Shown here: in pieces, positions 38,992-52,690 of the stretch
Position numbering within the stretch: the stretch's first letter is position 1
Layout: the number at the start of each line of letters is the position of its first letter
Assembly: GCF_009834535.1 (NCBI RefSeq)
Contig: NC_045704.1
Coordinates: forward strand, 40,176,001 to 40,240,000
Source of the DNA: Camelus ferus
Lineage: Eukaryota
Length of the DNA: 64,000 bases
Reading direction: 5' to 3'
The notes under the pieces: generated by a model
What the model was told of the DNA's origin: nothing
The model's input: the letters and a program-made list of their open reading frames with translations, nothing else
Database searches by the model: none
Made by a program: the position numbers and the translations under genes

Positions 38992-39457
38992 TGTATTAGT
39001 TTCCTCGGGCTGCCGTAACAACATGACATAATTTGGGCTACTTAAAACAAGCACGTACTGTCTCACAGCTCCAGAGGCTGGAAGTCTGAAAGCACGGTAT
39101 CAGCAGGGCCACGTTCCCACTGAAACTTGAAGGAAAGTTTGAAGGTACCTCTCTTGGTACCCCCAGGCAGCCCACTGTTCTTTGGCTTATAGACGCATCA
39201 CCCCATCCTCTGCCTTCACCATCACATAGTGTTCTCCCTGAGTCTCTGCCTCCTGTGTCTCTTTGTCTACACACGGCCATCTTTTTATAAGGACCTCAGT
39301 CACATTGGATTGGGGGCTCCCCCTACTTCCAATATGGCCTCAGTATAACTAACTATATCCACAAGAACCCTATTTCCATATTAGGTAACATTCTGTGGTA
39401 CTGGCAGTTAGGACTTCAATACATGCTCTTCGGATGGACACAGTTCAGTCAACAACA
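38992..39457 (-). mobile_element. Solo MaLR LTR (MLT1B/C-like)
   Basis: tgtattagtttcctcgggctgccgtaacaa...ttaggacttcaatacat...cagttcagtcaacaaca. Confidence 0.92.
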
Positions 39458-40396
39458 CAATCCCTCCCCCTGCTCCTTCAGGCCTCCAGGTGCTAAGAGA
39501 CACCTCCTGCTGCTTGCCCACGCATGTTTCATCATCTTGTTGGTTTCCATTAACTCTGTTTGTGCCTTTGCATGCACTCCTTTCACTCAACTCTCTTGGT
39601 GATTTATCTTCAGTGTGCCTTCTGTTTCCTGCCAGGACCCTCATCACGTTAAACTGCCATCCCCATCTTCCTCAGTCTCAGCGTAGCATTTATGAAATTT
39701 GGCTGGAATTGGACGTATCCAAATTTCAGAAATTTGGGAAGAAGAAAAAGAAAAGCTAAATAATGTATGGATTAAGAGCTAGTTAAATGTTTTAAAATAA
39801 AGGCATCATTATCTCCACCTGCAAGACATAGAACTCAATGATTTGACCTTTAGAAGCAAAAAGGTCCATATTTGATAAACTGGTGACAACATCAGAGGTA
39901 GTTGTAGCAAAAATACTACTTTTTTTTTATTGAGGTATTCAATCTGTCCTTTAGATATCAGCTGTAATGCAAACTGACAGGAACTAGTAGAAAGGGTAAA
40001 GTCAAAATTTCAAAGCCATTTGTGAATTATAAATAAAATACAACACCATATATTGAATTGTCACTCCAAATCCCTTGCTCAATGATGATAAGGAGATCTG
40101 TGCCTGTGTTAAAGTTTAATATGACCATTATTCACCAAAAAGTCATGTTAAGTCGCTTTAGAAAGTGTGATTACTGGAATGGATGTGCTAACATGCATCT
40201 ACATTTGCACCCTCTCCTCAGCACTTTTCACATCATTTTACTTCTCTTGTCTTCACCGTGTACGAACACCAGTGGAAAGATTTGAGAAATGAATGCCAAG
40301 TATCACCTTCAAGTGATGAAAATTATCCATTTGGGTATGACACCTCTGTTATGAACAAAATAATTTAGAATTGTGGTGATTTTAGCTACCCTGAAA

Positions 40397-40450
40397 GTGT
40401 GTGCACGTGTATGCATATGTGCACACATATGTGTCTGTGTGTGTGCGTGC
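40397..40450. repeat. Alternating purine-pyrimidine tract
   Basis: gtgtgtgcacgtgtatgcatatgtgcacacatatgtgt, including the inverted repeat catatgtg-ca-cacatatg. Confidence 0.9.
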
Positions 40451-41293
40451 TTTCCTACAGACTTATCCATCATCCTCGTGCAGAAATCTTCTGGTTTTAG
40501 GCGATAAAATACTGAAGTCTGTGAGAGTAACCTTGAGAATTTGTGCCTTGCTTTCCTTATGCATAGACCAAATTAGCTCATTACTCCAGCTTAAGGGTCC
40601 ACAAATTCTCATTTTACTTTAATGCATTTCTTAGAATAAATAATGTGAATGTATTCTGAGTGAAAATAGTTTCTATCGAAAATATCAGATAACAACATTA
40701 GCAAATAAAGTAGTTTGTTTACTCATAGAATTTTAAATCACATACCTGCCTGTCCTTTCATCAGTCTGCACCCAGGAAAAATGAAAACTGTGGGATTTCA
40801 GTGTCCATTTTGGTGGTTAAAGCACAACAAAGTGTTGTAGTATTTAAAAAAAAAAGCGTTAAGAGACCTGGGTTCTAGTAATAGGTCTGCCTTAAATGTT
40901 AAAATTCTAGACAATGGGAAATTTGATTTCTCTGAGGATATACATGTGTCTTTCTCATCTATATAATGTGAGTTTTCTAAACTATCTCGTTTCTTGTTCA
41001 GATTTGTCAATATGTGAGCCTATGATATATAGAACTCTAGGGGGAAATTTACCATGTTAGGTGCCATGGGTTATTTCTCATATAAGAGGAATCTCTTGAA
41101 ATCTGGATAAAGATGACAAAGACATTTTCCATCTGCCTCTTAGGGCACTCTATATGTGGTCAACACAAATAAAATACTGGTTCACGTTATTCTTAATTGC
41201 CTCTGTAATTTCAAGGTACTTTCAACTTGTTTCAATTTACTTTAAAAGAAACTGGGACAGACGGCTAGTTCTGCAAATATGTGAGAAACTCTC

Positions 41294-41920
41294 TATGGTA
41301 GACAACTCCTGAGATGGCTCCCAGTGATTTCCATCTCCTGGTATTCGTGTTCTTATGTAATCCCTTACTTCTGCATGTAGGAACAATCTAATGACCTCCT
41401 TCTGATAAACTGAGTATGGTAGCAGTGATGTCACTTTCAAAACCAGGTTGTAAAAGATTTTGTCTTTCATCCTTGCTCACCCCCTCCACCTTGCTGGCTC
41501 TTCTCCCGGGCTTGCTCTGACGAAACAGGCTGCCATGTTGCACATGTAACTGTTTAGCAAATGGAACTAAGTTAATCTATCGAAGCAAACAACCCTATGG
41601 AGAGGGCCCTGAAACAAACAGCTGTAAGTAGCATCAACCAGTAACCTTCAAGGAAGAAAAGTCCTCAGTTTAAGAGCTCCTGAGGAGCTGAATCCTTCCA
41701 ACCACCATGCGAATAGTCATGGAAGGAGACCCTTCCCCACCCAAGCCTTGAGATGACGGGAACCTCAGTTAACACTTTGATTGCAAACTGGGAGGACCCT
41801 AAGGCAGTGACCCAGCTTTACTGCAAGAGAATCATTACAGAAACTGAGAAAACAATATATGTATTTTTAAGTTACTAGGTTTTGGGACAATCTGTTACTG
41901 GGCAATAGATAACTAATATG
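41294..41920 (+). mobile_element. Solo MaLR LTR (MLT1F-like) carrying a foreign insert
   Basis: tatggtagac...gatggctcccagtgat...ctgccatgttg[insert]cctatggagaggg...gcaatagataactaatatg. Confidence 0.9.
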
Positions 41921-42189
41921 CTTTTCTTTTAGCATGAAGAGCGACTGCCAGCGTACGGGTGGGACTAAGCACCTACTTTTGTGGGGAACAAGAGGTAGTA
42001 AAGTGAACATAAGTAGTGACTGCTAAAGAGACAGGTGGATTCTTTTCTCCTGGTCTGCTTGGATTCCGAGATAGGAAAAAAAAAAATCAGAAGCCTTGGA
42101 ATTAGGGAAAAAATAAAGGAATCAGTGTTGCATAGGCCCCTACTTTGCTCCCCAAAGTCATCCTGTATCACTTGTACAGTCTGTATGTA

Positions 42190-42620
42190 CACCTGATTAA
42201 CTCATCACAGTCCAGCCATGTTTGTCTTTTTCCAGTTACTCAAACAGGCCAGGTCCTTCCTACAAAGGGCCTTTGTCCTTGACATTCCTAGTCCTATTGC
42301 CTGGAATGTTCCTTCCACTCCATGGTATTGACTTTTTCCTTTTCTCTATTTCTCAGATTAATTATCATCTTCTAAGAGTAGTATTTCAAAGTAGTTCTGT
42401 CTCTCTTTTTTCTCTGTCCAAGCTACTTCTTTTTCTTGTGTAGATTAGCTACGATTGATAGTTATTTATTCACTGGGGTATTTTCCCCCTTCTCACCAGA
42501 ATGTAAACACCAGAGTGTAGGTCCTGTGTCCTTTTTGTTCACCCTTTATTCCCCAGAACCATAGCTGAGTGTCTGGAACAGCCAGGGGAAGCAATAAACC
42601 CTTGTATGGGATGAATGGGG
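42190..42620 (+). mobile_element. L2 3' end
   Basis: ctattgcctggaatgttcctt...gaatgtaaacaccagagtgtagg...ttgttcaccctttattccccag. Confidence 0.8.
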
Positions 42621-43199
42621 AAAGGTGTAGAGGGGGATAAGCCAGTTAAGCCAGACAAGCACAGGACTAATTTCAAGATCAATGTAAGTATCAAAAGCAA
42701 TTAGGTAGATACATCAATATATAGCAGACATGAAAATTTTCTTTGACTGCATCTTAGAATTCATACTTCTTTAATAATTCACTGAGCCGTTAGTTACATT
42801 TGAGAAGATGTTTCTGTATATTATTTGCTTATTTTGGATTCTTTATGAAAGTGGAATTAGAAAGTTCCAACACTGATGCTTCAACAAAAGTAGATAATTG
42901 TAGTTAAAAAAAGAGTAAGTACATGTATGATTCGTTATACCTTAACTTGGAGACATACCTTCAGTTTTGGGCTTTTGGACTGCCCATCATTCTGCAATAG
43001 TGGGCAATACACAGCCTCAGTGGGTAACTTATCAATCAAATGAGAAGATAGATGTGTAAATAACATGAGACCCTCCTAAATCTAAAATACTTAACTATTT
43101 TATTTAAGTCTTCACTATATTATTTTATTTAATTTTATAAGTCATACTGTGTTGTTATTTCAGGACTGTGGCCACCTGAAACCATCTGTCACTGAGCTT

Positions 43200-43643
43200 A
43201 CTGTGAGAAAAAAATGTGTCAGATTGTAAAAATGTCCCAATTCTTCACCACTTCACATATGCAGTCACTTGGGCTTGGTCATGTGACATGATCTGGCCAA
43301 TGAGACGTTAATAGGCATGACATAAACAGAGACTTCAAATGGCTTTCACTTTGGGTCTTGCTCTTATGCTTAGGACACTACCATGACCATAAGAAGAACA
43401 TCCCAAGGCTGACCTACTACTCTGAAAAAGAAAATGAGAGACATGTGAAGCATAGCAACGAGCCAGCCCACACATGCGTGTGCAGCTCAACAGATGTGCA
43501 GAAATTTAAATGAGACTAGTAAATGTCAGCTGCCCCTTAGCTATCTCAGCTGAACCTCAAAGATGCATGAGAAATAAATCCTTAGTGGTTCATGACCCTT
43601 GAGATTTGGAGAGGCTTGTTACCCAGCAATTCCTAACTGATAT
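43200..43643 (+). mobile_element. MaLR LTR (MLT1H/J-like)
   Basis: ggtcatgtgacatgatctggccaatgag...gagaaataaatcc...ttgttacccagcaattcctaactgatata. Confidence 0.85.
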
Positions 43644-44099
43644 AGCAGGAAACATGTATTGCAAAGAGGTATGATATACTATGTTTTTTAATGCAACGAA
43701 AAGCATAATTTCAGTTAGTAAGCAGTCAGCTTCTGACTCCATGAAATCATTCTGGAACATCAGAATGTTGTTGAAATAAAGACAAATTCCCTAAGACCTA
43801 TATTTTTTAAAGCATCTATGTTTGAAAACCCATTAGGAACAAATGATCCTTCCCATCTAATTTCGTAATAGACCTAAGGTATGAAAATTTAAAGGTGGCA
43901 TGATTAAAATAAAAAGAAATAAAGAAAATAAGTGAAAATGGTAACTTTCAAAGGGACTGAATTTTGGACCTTAAAACTTCCTCATAAATGAAAAATTTTG
44001 CTTTACTAACATGTATGTTTGCTATTATCTCATTATATCTTTTAAATATTTGTGATAGCTTACAACTCATGAGGAAACAAATAACATATGTGCTAGTGT

Positions 44100-44290
44100 T
44101 CTCTTGTTTGACATACTTGACATATCTATCAGACAGCACAGATCAGCTCAGATAATGTATTTATTCGTGCCTGTATCTGTCTCCGCTATTGTGTTGTAAA
44201 TTCCTTCAGGGCAAGAACTGTGCCCCCTTCATTTTACTATTTCCCAAATAGTGCCTGACTCATAGGCAAGGCACAGTAACTGTTTAGCAA
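44100..44290 (+). mobile_element. L2 3' end
   Basis: ttgtaaattccttcagggcaagaactgtgcc...atagtgcctgactcatagg. Confidence 0.75.
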
Positions 44291-45089
44291 GTGGAACTAA
44301 GTTAATCTATTGAAGCAAACAACTGTATGCAGAAGTGCACAAAATCACGACCTAAAAGCATGATAGCTGAGCTACAACAAGAATATCGCTTCTCCAAAAG
44401 CAGTCACTGTCATTTCTCCTCAGAGAAGACGAAGACACAGGAGAAAGCATTTCAGCATGTGAGAACACTTTGTTGATGTTAAGTTAATTTAAAACATATT
44501 TTATACTAAAACCCATACCGATATATTACCGAAGAGAAAAGCATCAGATTATCGTAGTTTTAAGATACGCTTCAAGAATTTAAAAAGTAAATAAATAGCA
44601 AGTAAGCATGGAGGGATTATTTCATTCACCCCTACCATCCATAGCATTTCAGCGAAGAGTCTGGAGCATTCTAATATACGGTGATCATACATTCTAACTT
44701 TACTTAGCTCAAAATCTCATTCCAGCACGAGGCACATTTATAGGAGTTAAAGCTTTGTTAGATGGATAAATGGATGGATGGATCAACCAACTAACACCTG
44801 TTGGTGAAAGTAAAGATGAGACTGTCTTCAATTTAAATAACATACTACCCACACAATACAACTAAATTATGAACTAGAGAAACTGACAGTTTGCCTAAGA
44901 CAAAGAGCCACTGACTCTTTCAAGTCTCATACCTGCCTTTCTCATTGTATTAATTGTTACCTGTCTTTAATTCCTAGTTATTTTATCAACAGATACTACT
45001 TTTTGGTTATTTTTTAACTTTATGGAGGTATAAGTGACAAATAAAATTGTAAGATAAAATGTATAACACAACGATTTGAACTATTTCTT

Positions 45090-45440
45090 TCTTTTTATTC
45101 ACGTATCCAAACAATAAACTACACTGTGTCTACAGGAGCCAGGCACTATCCTAGGCATTGAGGACACTGAGATAACAAGAGGCATAAAGTCATTTCATCG
45201 AAGATACAAACAAGTAATTAGATGTAAGGCAGGGAAATACAGAGTGCTGTAACACTCCTGCAAGTTCTCAGACATTTCCTAGAAATCTGGTTATTTTTTA
45301 AGCTAAAATTTGACAAATTATGAAGGGCTAAGTATGCAAAGTGTGGAATTAAGAGAGTTCCAGATGAGAGAACAACATGTGCTAACATACTACCTGCAAG
45401 CAAAGGCTGCATAATAGAATCAGCAGAATGATTCTTTAAT
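45090..45440 (-). mobile_element. L2 3' end
   Basis: ggagccaggcactatcctaggcattgaggacactgagataacaag. Confidence 0.75.
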
Positions 45441-46379
45441 AGAGGGAAGGACAGCATCATGAGAAATGAACACTAATTCACCGCCAGGCGCAGTGAGAAG
45501 CATTTTAAACAAAATCTCTTGTCTAATTAATGCATAACTAATGAAAAGTGTTGTATGATTATTTCCTTTTTTAAATGCAAAGAAACTAAGGCTTTGAAGA
45601 GTTAACTTAACCACATTCCAAAAGTTATAAAATTTGAACTCAAGTTATCTGATTCAAATGCTGCTTTTCAAAACCACTTTGCAAAATGATGATATTTTGT
45701 AAAGTGGCTAAAATTTTTTAAGGGTTTACTTGGTTCTAGATACTATCCCAAACATTTAAATCCCACACAAATTATAGCAGGTAAATACAAAAATAATGAT
45801 TAAAAATTCTGTTTAAAAAGCTTCATGGCATTAAGTCACTTGCTCAAGTTAATAAACTAAATGGTGAATTTTGAACCTGTGTATTCCAACTTCAAAGTCA
45901 ATATTTTTAACCACTGAGCTACAGAGAAACATTTGGATCACACCAAACCCATTAGTAACGATAAGAGAGGTTAGCTTTATTGTCCTCAATCTACAGAGAT
46001 GACATAAGTAACTATACGTATTTGGTTTTGTTAATATTACAATAGGATAATATCTTCTTTAATTCATAAGGACATTGTAAAGATTAATAGCACTGATTTT
46101 ATTATATATAATATCTAAATCTTAGTATGACATACAGAGCTCTTCACAATCTTACCTCAATTTATCACTTTAGCATCATTACCCACCAACCTGCCTCTCG
46201 AACCCAAGACTTTTCTCACACAGAACTTCTCAAATCATACTCTTTTCCCTGTTGCAAGCCTCTATAAAGATGCTGAAATTAGTCAGGTTAACTAGGATTT
46301 CAAAACAGTCTGTTAATACTTGTTACTTTGCCAGTTTATCTGATTAGCGCCAAGCTTTCAAACAAAAGGGTACAAAATA

Positions 46380-46600
46380 TTAATAAATGCCAATTATGTG
46401 CCAGGTTTATTTCTATGCATTCACATACATGCCTGCTCATTAAAGTTTCATAACACTAAGAAATACATTATTTTTCCTACTATAAAGATAAAAAACTTAA
46501 TGTTAAGAAAGGTAAAGGGTTTTTCCATGGTTAAACAATTAGTAAAATAGAATGAATTGAGCCCAGGTTAGTTGGATTCCAAAGTCCGTTACATTTTATT
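46380..46600 (-). mobile_element. MIR
   Basis: aatgccaattatgtgccagg...gaattgagcccagg...gattccaaagtcc. Confidence 0.7.
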
Positions 46601-47729
46601 AAACCAGATTGCCTTAGTTATTTTTAAAGCAAAGAAAATTTTCAGAACTAGTTTTAAATTAGTTTGAAACTTATCTTAAAACTTGCATACATGCATGATT
46701 GCCAAAGTATTTCCATCTTTATGTAAAAAGGATGTAATAATGCATATAAATTATCTTGCACTCAATAGAGTTAGTTCCTCTCCCGTTTTCTTTTTCCTTG
46801 CATCTGTGATATGGTTGATGATGGATGTTTGGAAGGTCGGATGACAGATGGGGGCCAACATGTCTAGTTTCAGATTAAGGAATTAAAATTGGAGATTAAA
46901 ATCAAGTGTCTCAAAGGGGAGGGGGGTAGTGGAAATTGTAGAGCCTTGTGATGCTCTAAGTCTCATCAAGATTCAATTTTTTAAAAAAGTCTTTCCATTT
47001 TAATTTACACCTCTTGGAGTGGATAGAAATACCACTGCACCATTCATCTAAATGAAGAGTGGAAGATGCTTTCTGCGATAGTAATGTGATGAGTTCTTGG
47101 CTATCAATGTGGCCTCCAAGAGCCATCTGTTCCCAGAGTCAGTGAGCAGTAGGATTTATGAGCTTTCCCAACAAACTCTGTGTGTGCGGCAGGGAAGGGC
47201 AAATCCAGCTGCTGTTTATTTTCATCAAACATCTAGATCTGTTCTTCAAACATTGCAAATCTGATGAAACCTCAAAAGAGTTTGTAAAATACTTTTCTTC
47301 TCTAATTGGGAAAATGATTTGAATGTTAAGAGAAACTGCAAAAGATGGTTCCTATTCATCGGTAGTTACACAAAGTCACCAATGTTGTAGATCTTATCAA
47401 TGTCCCAGATTCCCAGGGTCTGCCAAAACAAACAAGTAAGAGTGTGCACAAATTCCCACACACTAACACAAACACACAAACATATCTTTCCTCTTAATCT
47501 GTCCAAAATTATACAGAGGTTTGAACTTTGGGAAAGTGTATTTTGTTCCCTTTAATAAATACATACATTTCAAAATTACTGAATGAATACCAACATGATT
47601 GCTAATAATTATCCTTAATATGTATTCAGCCTTTTTTAAAGTCTTTAAGTGCTTTCTTACACATTAATGCTGCGTGTAATAGAGCCAAAATGATGGAGTT
47701 GAAAGCTATCTAAAGATCATAGACTCTAA

Positions 47730-48245
47730 CCCTTTCATTTTTAAAAAATCAACTGCATTAAGGTATAATTTGCATATAATAAAATGCATCCAATTTAAGT
47801 ATAGTATGAGTCCTGTGAGTTTTGACAAATTTATTCACAGTATAACCACCAAAATTCTGCTTGAGGACATTTCCATCACTACAAAAGTTTCCTTTGTGCC
47901 CCTTTCCAGTCAATCCCACCCACCCCTGGTTCAAGGGACAACTGATCTTTTTTATCACTTAGTTTGGTCTGTTCTAAAGTTTCATGTAAATAGCACCTTG
48001 CAGTATATTTTCTTTTACACTGGACATTTTGTTTGGCATAATATTTTTGAGGATCATTCATGTTCTTGACTATATTCAAAGCTCACTGCCTCTTCATTGT
48101 TGAGTAGCATGTCATTGTATGGGTATTCCACAGTTTGTTTATTCCTCAGCTGTTGATGGCCTTCTGGTTTTCCCTCCAATTTTTGGCTCTTATGAATTAA
48201 GTTGCTACGAACTTTTCTGTACAGTTCTTTATGTGGAAATAGAAT
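47730..48245 (-). mobile_element. L1MB/ME-type 3' end
   Basis: aactgcattaaggtataatttgcatataataaaatgcatcc...catttccatcactacaaaagtttcc. Confidence 0.85.
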
Positions 48246-48562
48246 ACTAATCCTCTTGTAATCATCTCAGTGTAAAAGGAGACAAGGACTGAAACCTCAG
48301 TTATCCAAAGTTCAGTTTCATTTCTCCCAATTTAGTAAGGGTTTACAACCAACCTCATCACCAAGAGATCTAAAATATCATGGAGGATGGTTCCTCTGCC
48401 TGTGACTTGGAGTAGGTCACCCAGTGCCCATGAGCCTCAGTTCTCTTAGCCCTTAAGGCTCATTTGAATCTTTGTGAGGTGACAGGCACTGCACAAGGAG
48501 TATGCTTTATGACAAAGAACAAAACACACATGGTCACTGTAGAACTCAATTGAAAAGTAAGC

Positions 48563-48564
<2 letters not shown>

Positions 48565-48594
<30 letters not shown>
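48565..48594. repeat. (TG)15 microsatellite
   Basis: Read directly. Confidence 0.98.
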
Positions 48595-48598
<4 letters not shown>

Positions 48599-48864
48599 GA
48601 ATTTCAAAATGTGATGAATTCAGTAAAGAACTCATACAGAATTCTATAATTTAACTTATGTTTGGATGATTAGAGAACTCTTTGAAGTAGTGAAAATTAA
48701 TCTGAAGTTCGAAGAATGTGAAGAGCCAGGAATGTGCAGAGTTGCCCTAACAGCGTTAAAAAGAGAGAACAGCATGCATTCAAGTCCTGAAATGTCAGAA
48801 GTTAGGGTACAGGAAATGAAGAGAGTTGTGGCTTGAGATAAGGCTAAGAGTCAAAGCTAAGTTT

Positions 48865-50130
48865 CTTTTTTTTTTTAACTTTTAAGAAAAACTATGAAAT
48901 CATAATGTATATATAGTAAAAATGTACAAATCTTAAGAATGTAACTAGGTAAGTATTTGGAATGTATTTGGATAAGTATTTGACAACTGTATACATCCAT
49001 TAATCAAACCCCAAATTAGAATATAAAAATATAGAACACTTACATCATCCCAGAAAATTCCATCATATCCATTTCTTTGCAGCTGAGACTCATTCCCCTA
49101 CTACTACTCCCACAAAGAAGCAACAACTCTTACGGTTTTCCTGGACATAAATTAGCCTAGATTAATTTTACCTATTGTTAAAATACACAGAAATCATATC
49201 ATATGTATACTTTTGGGTCTGGCTTCTCTTGCTCAAAGTGATGTTTTAAGATTTATCCCTGTATTAAGTTTATTCTAATTGTTGAATAGTATTCCGATAA
49301 ATGAAAATATCACAACTTTTAAAAATTAATTGACAAGAATTTGGGATTGTTCTAGTTTTGAACTAAGGCTTATATAACATTCATATATTAGTCTTTTGGG
49401 CAAATGTGTTCAATTCTAGGTCATAGTTGAAGTCAGGATGCTAGGCCATAGTATAGTAGTGTGTTTAACTTCATAAGAAACTGGTAGAGAGTTTTCCAAG
49501 TTATAGCATCACTTTATATCCCCAGCAGAAATGGATAAGAATCCCTATTTTTTTTGATGAAATGGCTATTCCTTGGCGTTTTAAATTTTTTCATTTTTTC
49601 TATTTTGACTTTTTAGCTATATTTCTTCTGTTTCTTAGATTGTTTGCTTTAGTTATAGTTTCCAATGCTTGCTCTAGGAATTGCAAAATGCACCTGTAAG
49701 TTATCGCAGTAAAATGTAAGTTAAACTATATTTTTACATGTATTAAATAAGAAATTTACAATGATACTCTTATATTTCTCCCATCCTTTAGACTATTATG
49801 ACTCATTTGCATTTCTTTTACATGTGTTATAAACTTTAAAATACACTGCATTTATTTTTGCATTAAATCAGTAATTGTCTTTAAAACAAAATAAGAAAAG
49901 GAAAAAAGAAATAATCTTTTCTATTTATTCACATATTTAAAATGTCCACTGTTCTTCATTCCTTCCTTCAGAAATTGAGATTCTATCTGCTGTCAATTCT
50001 CTTTCAAGTAAATAATTTGTATTTCTTGTTGCAAAGGTCTATGAATGGCTCATCCCTGCCTGGAATTTATTCCATTAAGAGTTCTTTGCATCCACTCTTC
50101 TTAAATAGCTTTCTAGAAATGTATGGTTTT
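48865..50130 (-). mobile_element. L1M fragments (3' end followed by an upstream inter-ORF-like segment)
   Basis: Reversed L1ME-like 3' end to about 49560, then reversed L1 linker-like sequence. Confidence 0.7.
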
Positions 50131-50890
50131 TCATTTATCTTTTTTCCTCCATTGGTGAAATCAATGGAGTGTTGGTGCTTTGTGACTTTCCACAAACTAA
50201 CCAAAAAGCTAATGCTCCACAAGGGAGTGAGATTTTAAGGATCCTGTATGTGCTTGTGTTCAGTGAACTATGGTGTTAGCTATAGTGGGGAAAAGGAAAA
50301 CTTTGATATGAATAAGTTTTCAAAGTAAACAGTTTTAGTAATGGTTTGGAGCAAAGGGGTGAATAAAGAAGAAACTAAATAGGAGGGCAATATGTGTACC
50401 TTGAAGGATACAGAGACATGACAATGATGTTTTCCTATGTGAAAGCACTGAACGTGGTGTGATGTACTTAGAAGGTAAGTTAAATATGAATCGGCCTTAG
50501 GTGACCTTGGGGAAGACTGTACTCATGAAGCCTAATTACATGAAAATATATTGAAATAAGCTATTATCAAATAACTAAAATAAAGGCACATGCAGTTAAA
50601 TTTTTAGTTAGATGGAATGAGAAGATATATCTACTTTACTAATGATATTGTACTGGGGTAACTGCAATCTGATCTAAATTATGAAAGGGGTTGGGAACTG
50701 GGACGGTGACTGCATGGGTCATTCTGGGGATGGGGGCTAGATTTGTTTAAAAGAAGCCTATTTAGTTCTAGACGATGTGTAGCAAAACACATGTAGAAAA
50801 TTAGTTAGGTATATATTTGACATAATATATGCTCACCAGAAGCTAGCTTGTTTGATCTCTCTTAACTATGTTTATCCTGATCATGTACAT

Positions 50891-50892
<2 letters not shown>

Positions 50893-50927
<35 letters not shown>

Positions 50928-50932
50928 CATAC
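50893..50932. repeat. (GT)14(GC)4 compound microsatellite
   Basis: Read directly; continuous purine-pyrimidine alternation. Confidence 0.98.
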
Positions 50933-51389
50933 AAACACAACACACAAACACATTCACAAATACACTCCCCTTCTTTTGACATTTCCTCTAAGTGCACAGA
51001 AAAGATGATAATGCTATAAATGAGAACCGTGGGTTAAAACAAACAATCTATTGCTCTGAGAGAAAGGTGAAGCAGAAAGATTTTTGCTGGGCATGATAAG
51101 ATTTATCTGGCCACAAAAGAGGAAGAGTCATACCCTGTTTCCATTATCACACAAAATCCTAATTTCTGGGGATATCAGGAATTTCAAAGTTTGATGACAC
51201 TAGAGAATAGTGTGTTTGTATTCCCAGGAGCTCTTCCGTGGGAGAACCACCTCTCTCAAATTCCACATTTATTTTGAGTTGCCAATTATCCCATCATGGT
51301 GTTGTGCATATGACTTAAGTAAGGTCAAAAGTTTTGGCTGAGTTTTGACATAAGTATACGGTGTCAACTCTTCCTGGTGGAGGAAGTTA

Positions 51390-52690
51390 AATACGGAACC
51401 TGGAGTTCTACTTCAACCTGGCAGTAGCTAGGAGGTACTCACCCCATTACCATGCCAGAGTCACTTCAGAGGAAGCCAATTAAAAGGTAAGGTTTAAAAC
51501 CAGGAACATCTCAAACTAAATTTAAAAAAATCTCGTAAGGCCAACACTAAGATGAACAAAATATGATCATAAGATGAAATTGTTGTCCTAAAAAGCACTT
51601 CAATAAGTAATTATAAACACATTTTTTAAAAAAATGAAAAAATAAATAGAAAATCTCAGCAGAAAAATAGGATATTTAAGAAAATAAGTAAATATATAGA
51701 AAAACTAAATGGAAAGTATAGAACTGAAAAATAGTAAATATGATTAAAAACAATTAATGAGCTTAATAGAAGAATGGAGGGGGCAGAGGAAAAGAATTGG
51801 TGAACTGGAAGATAAAACAAGTAAAATTACCAAATCTGAAGAACAAAGAGAAAACAAATTAAAAGAACAAGAACAGAGGCTCAAGGACAAGGGAAAATGT
51901 AAGAAGAGATCCAACATTCATGTTACCAAAGATCCAGAAAGAGAGAAGAAAGAGGGTAGAGCTAAAAAAAGTATTCAAAGAAACAGTGTCTGAAAACTTC
52001 TGAAACAGTTTGAAGGACATAAACCTAAATATTCAAGAAGTTGAGCAAACTCCAAACTGGATACACAGCAAGAACTCCACACCAAGAATTTCATAATCAA
52101 ACTTCTGAAAAATAAGGACAAAGAAAAACTTTGAAATCAGAAAGACAGGACAGCTTACCTTGGCGGTGGGGAGGGGGCACTGAATTACAGCAGATTTATC
52201 ATTAGAAACAATGGAGGTCAGGAGGGAGTGGCACACTTTTCTAGTGCTAAAATACCAGTTAATCCATTACTCTATGTCCAGCAAAATTATCCTCCTCTTG
52301 AGTTTTCTAAACTATGTTTGATGGTTGAAACAAGAGCTAAGGCTGATGTGCTTCAAAATGTATGTAGAAGAAATGTTAGATAATTCTTTTTAAGAAAACT
52401 AAACAGAGGTAAGGTTTGTAGATTTTACTTGAAGTGGTAAACTGATGACACCAGTAGACTTGAGATTATATATATTACCTTCAGCAACCACTAAAAACAC
52501 TACACAAAGAGACAAACTCCTAAACAGTATAGGAAATAGAAATATATTTCTAAAAAAATGTTCAAATGCCTACAGAAAGGCAGGAAAAAGGAAAAAAGGA
52601 AATTAAAAACCACATACACACACAAGAAAACAAACAGAAATCACCACCACAACAAACAAGCAAAAAAGCATAAAATTTAAGTGGTCTGAA
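51390..52690 (+). mobile_element. L1M 5' region with decayed ORF1
   Basis: ORF 51757-51993 (RIGELEDKTSKITKSEEQRENKLKEQEQRLKD...KRSNIHVTKDPEREKKE) matches the L1 ORF1p coiled-coil/RRM start; stops and frameshifts follow. Confidence 0.9.
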
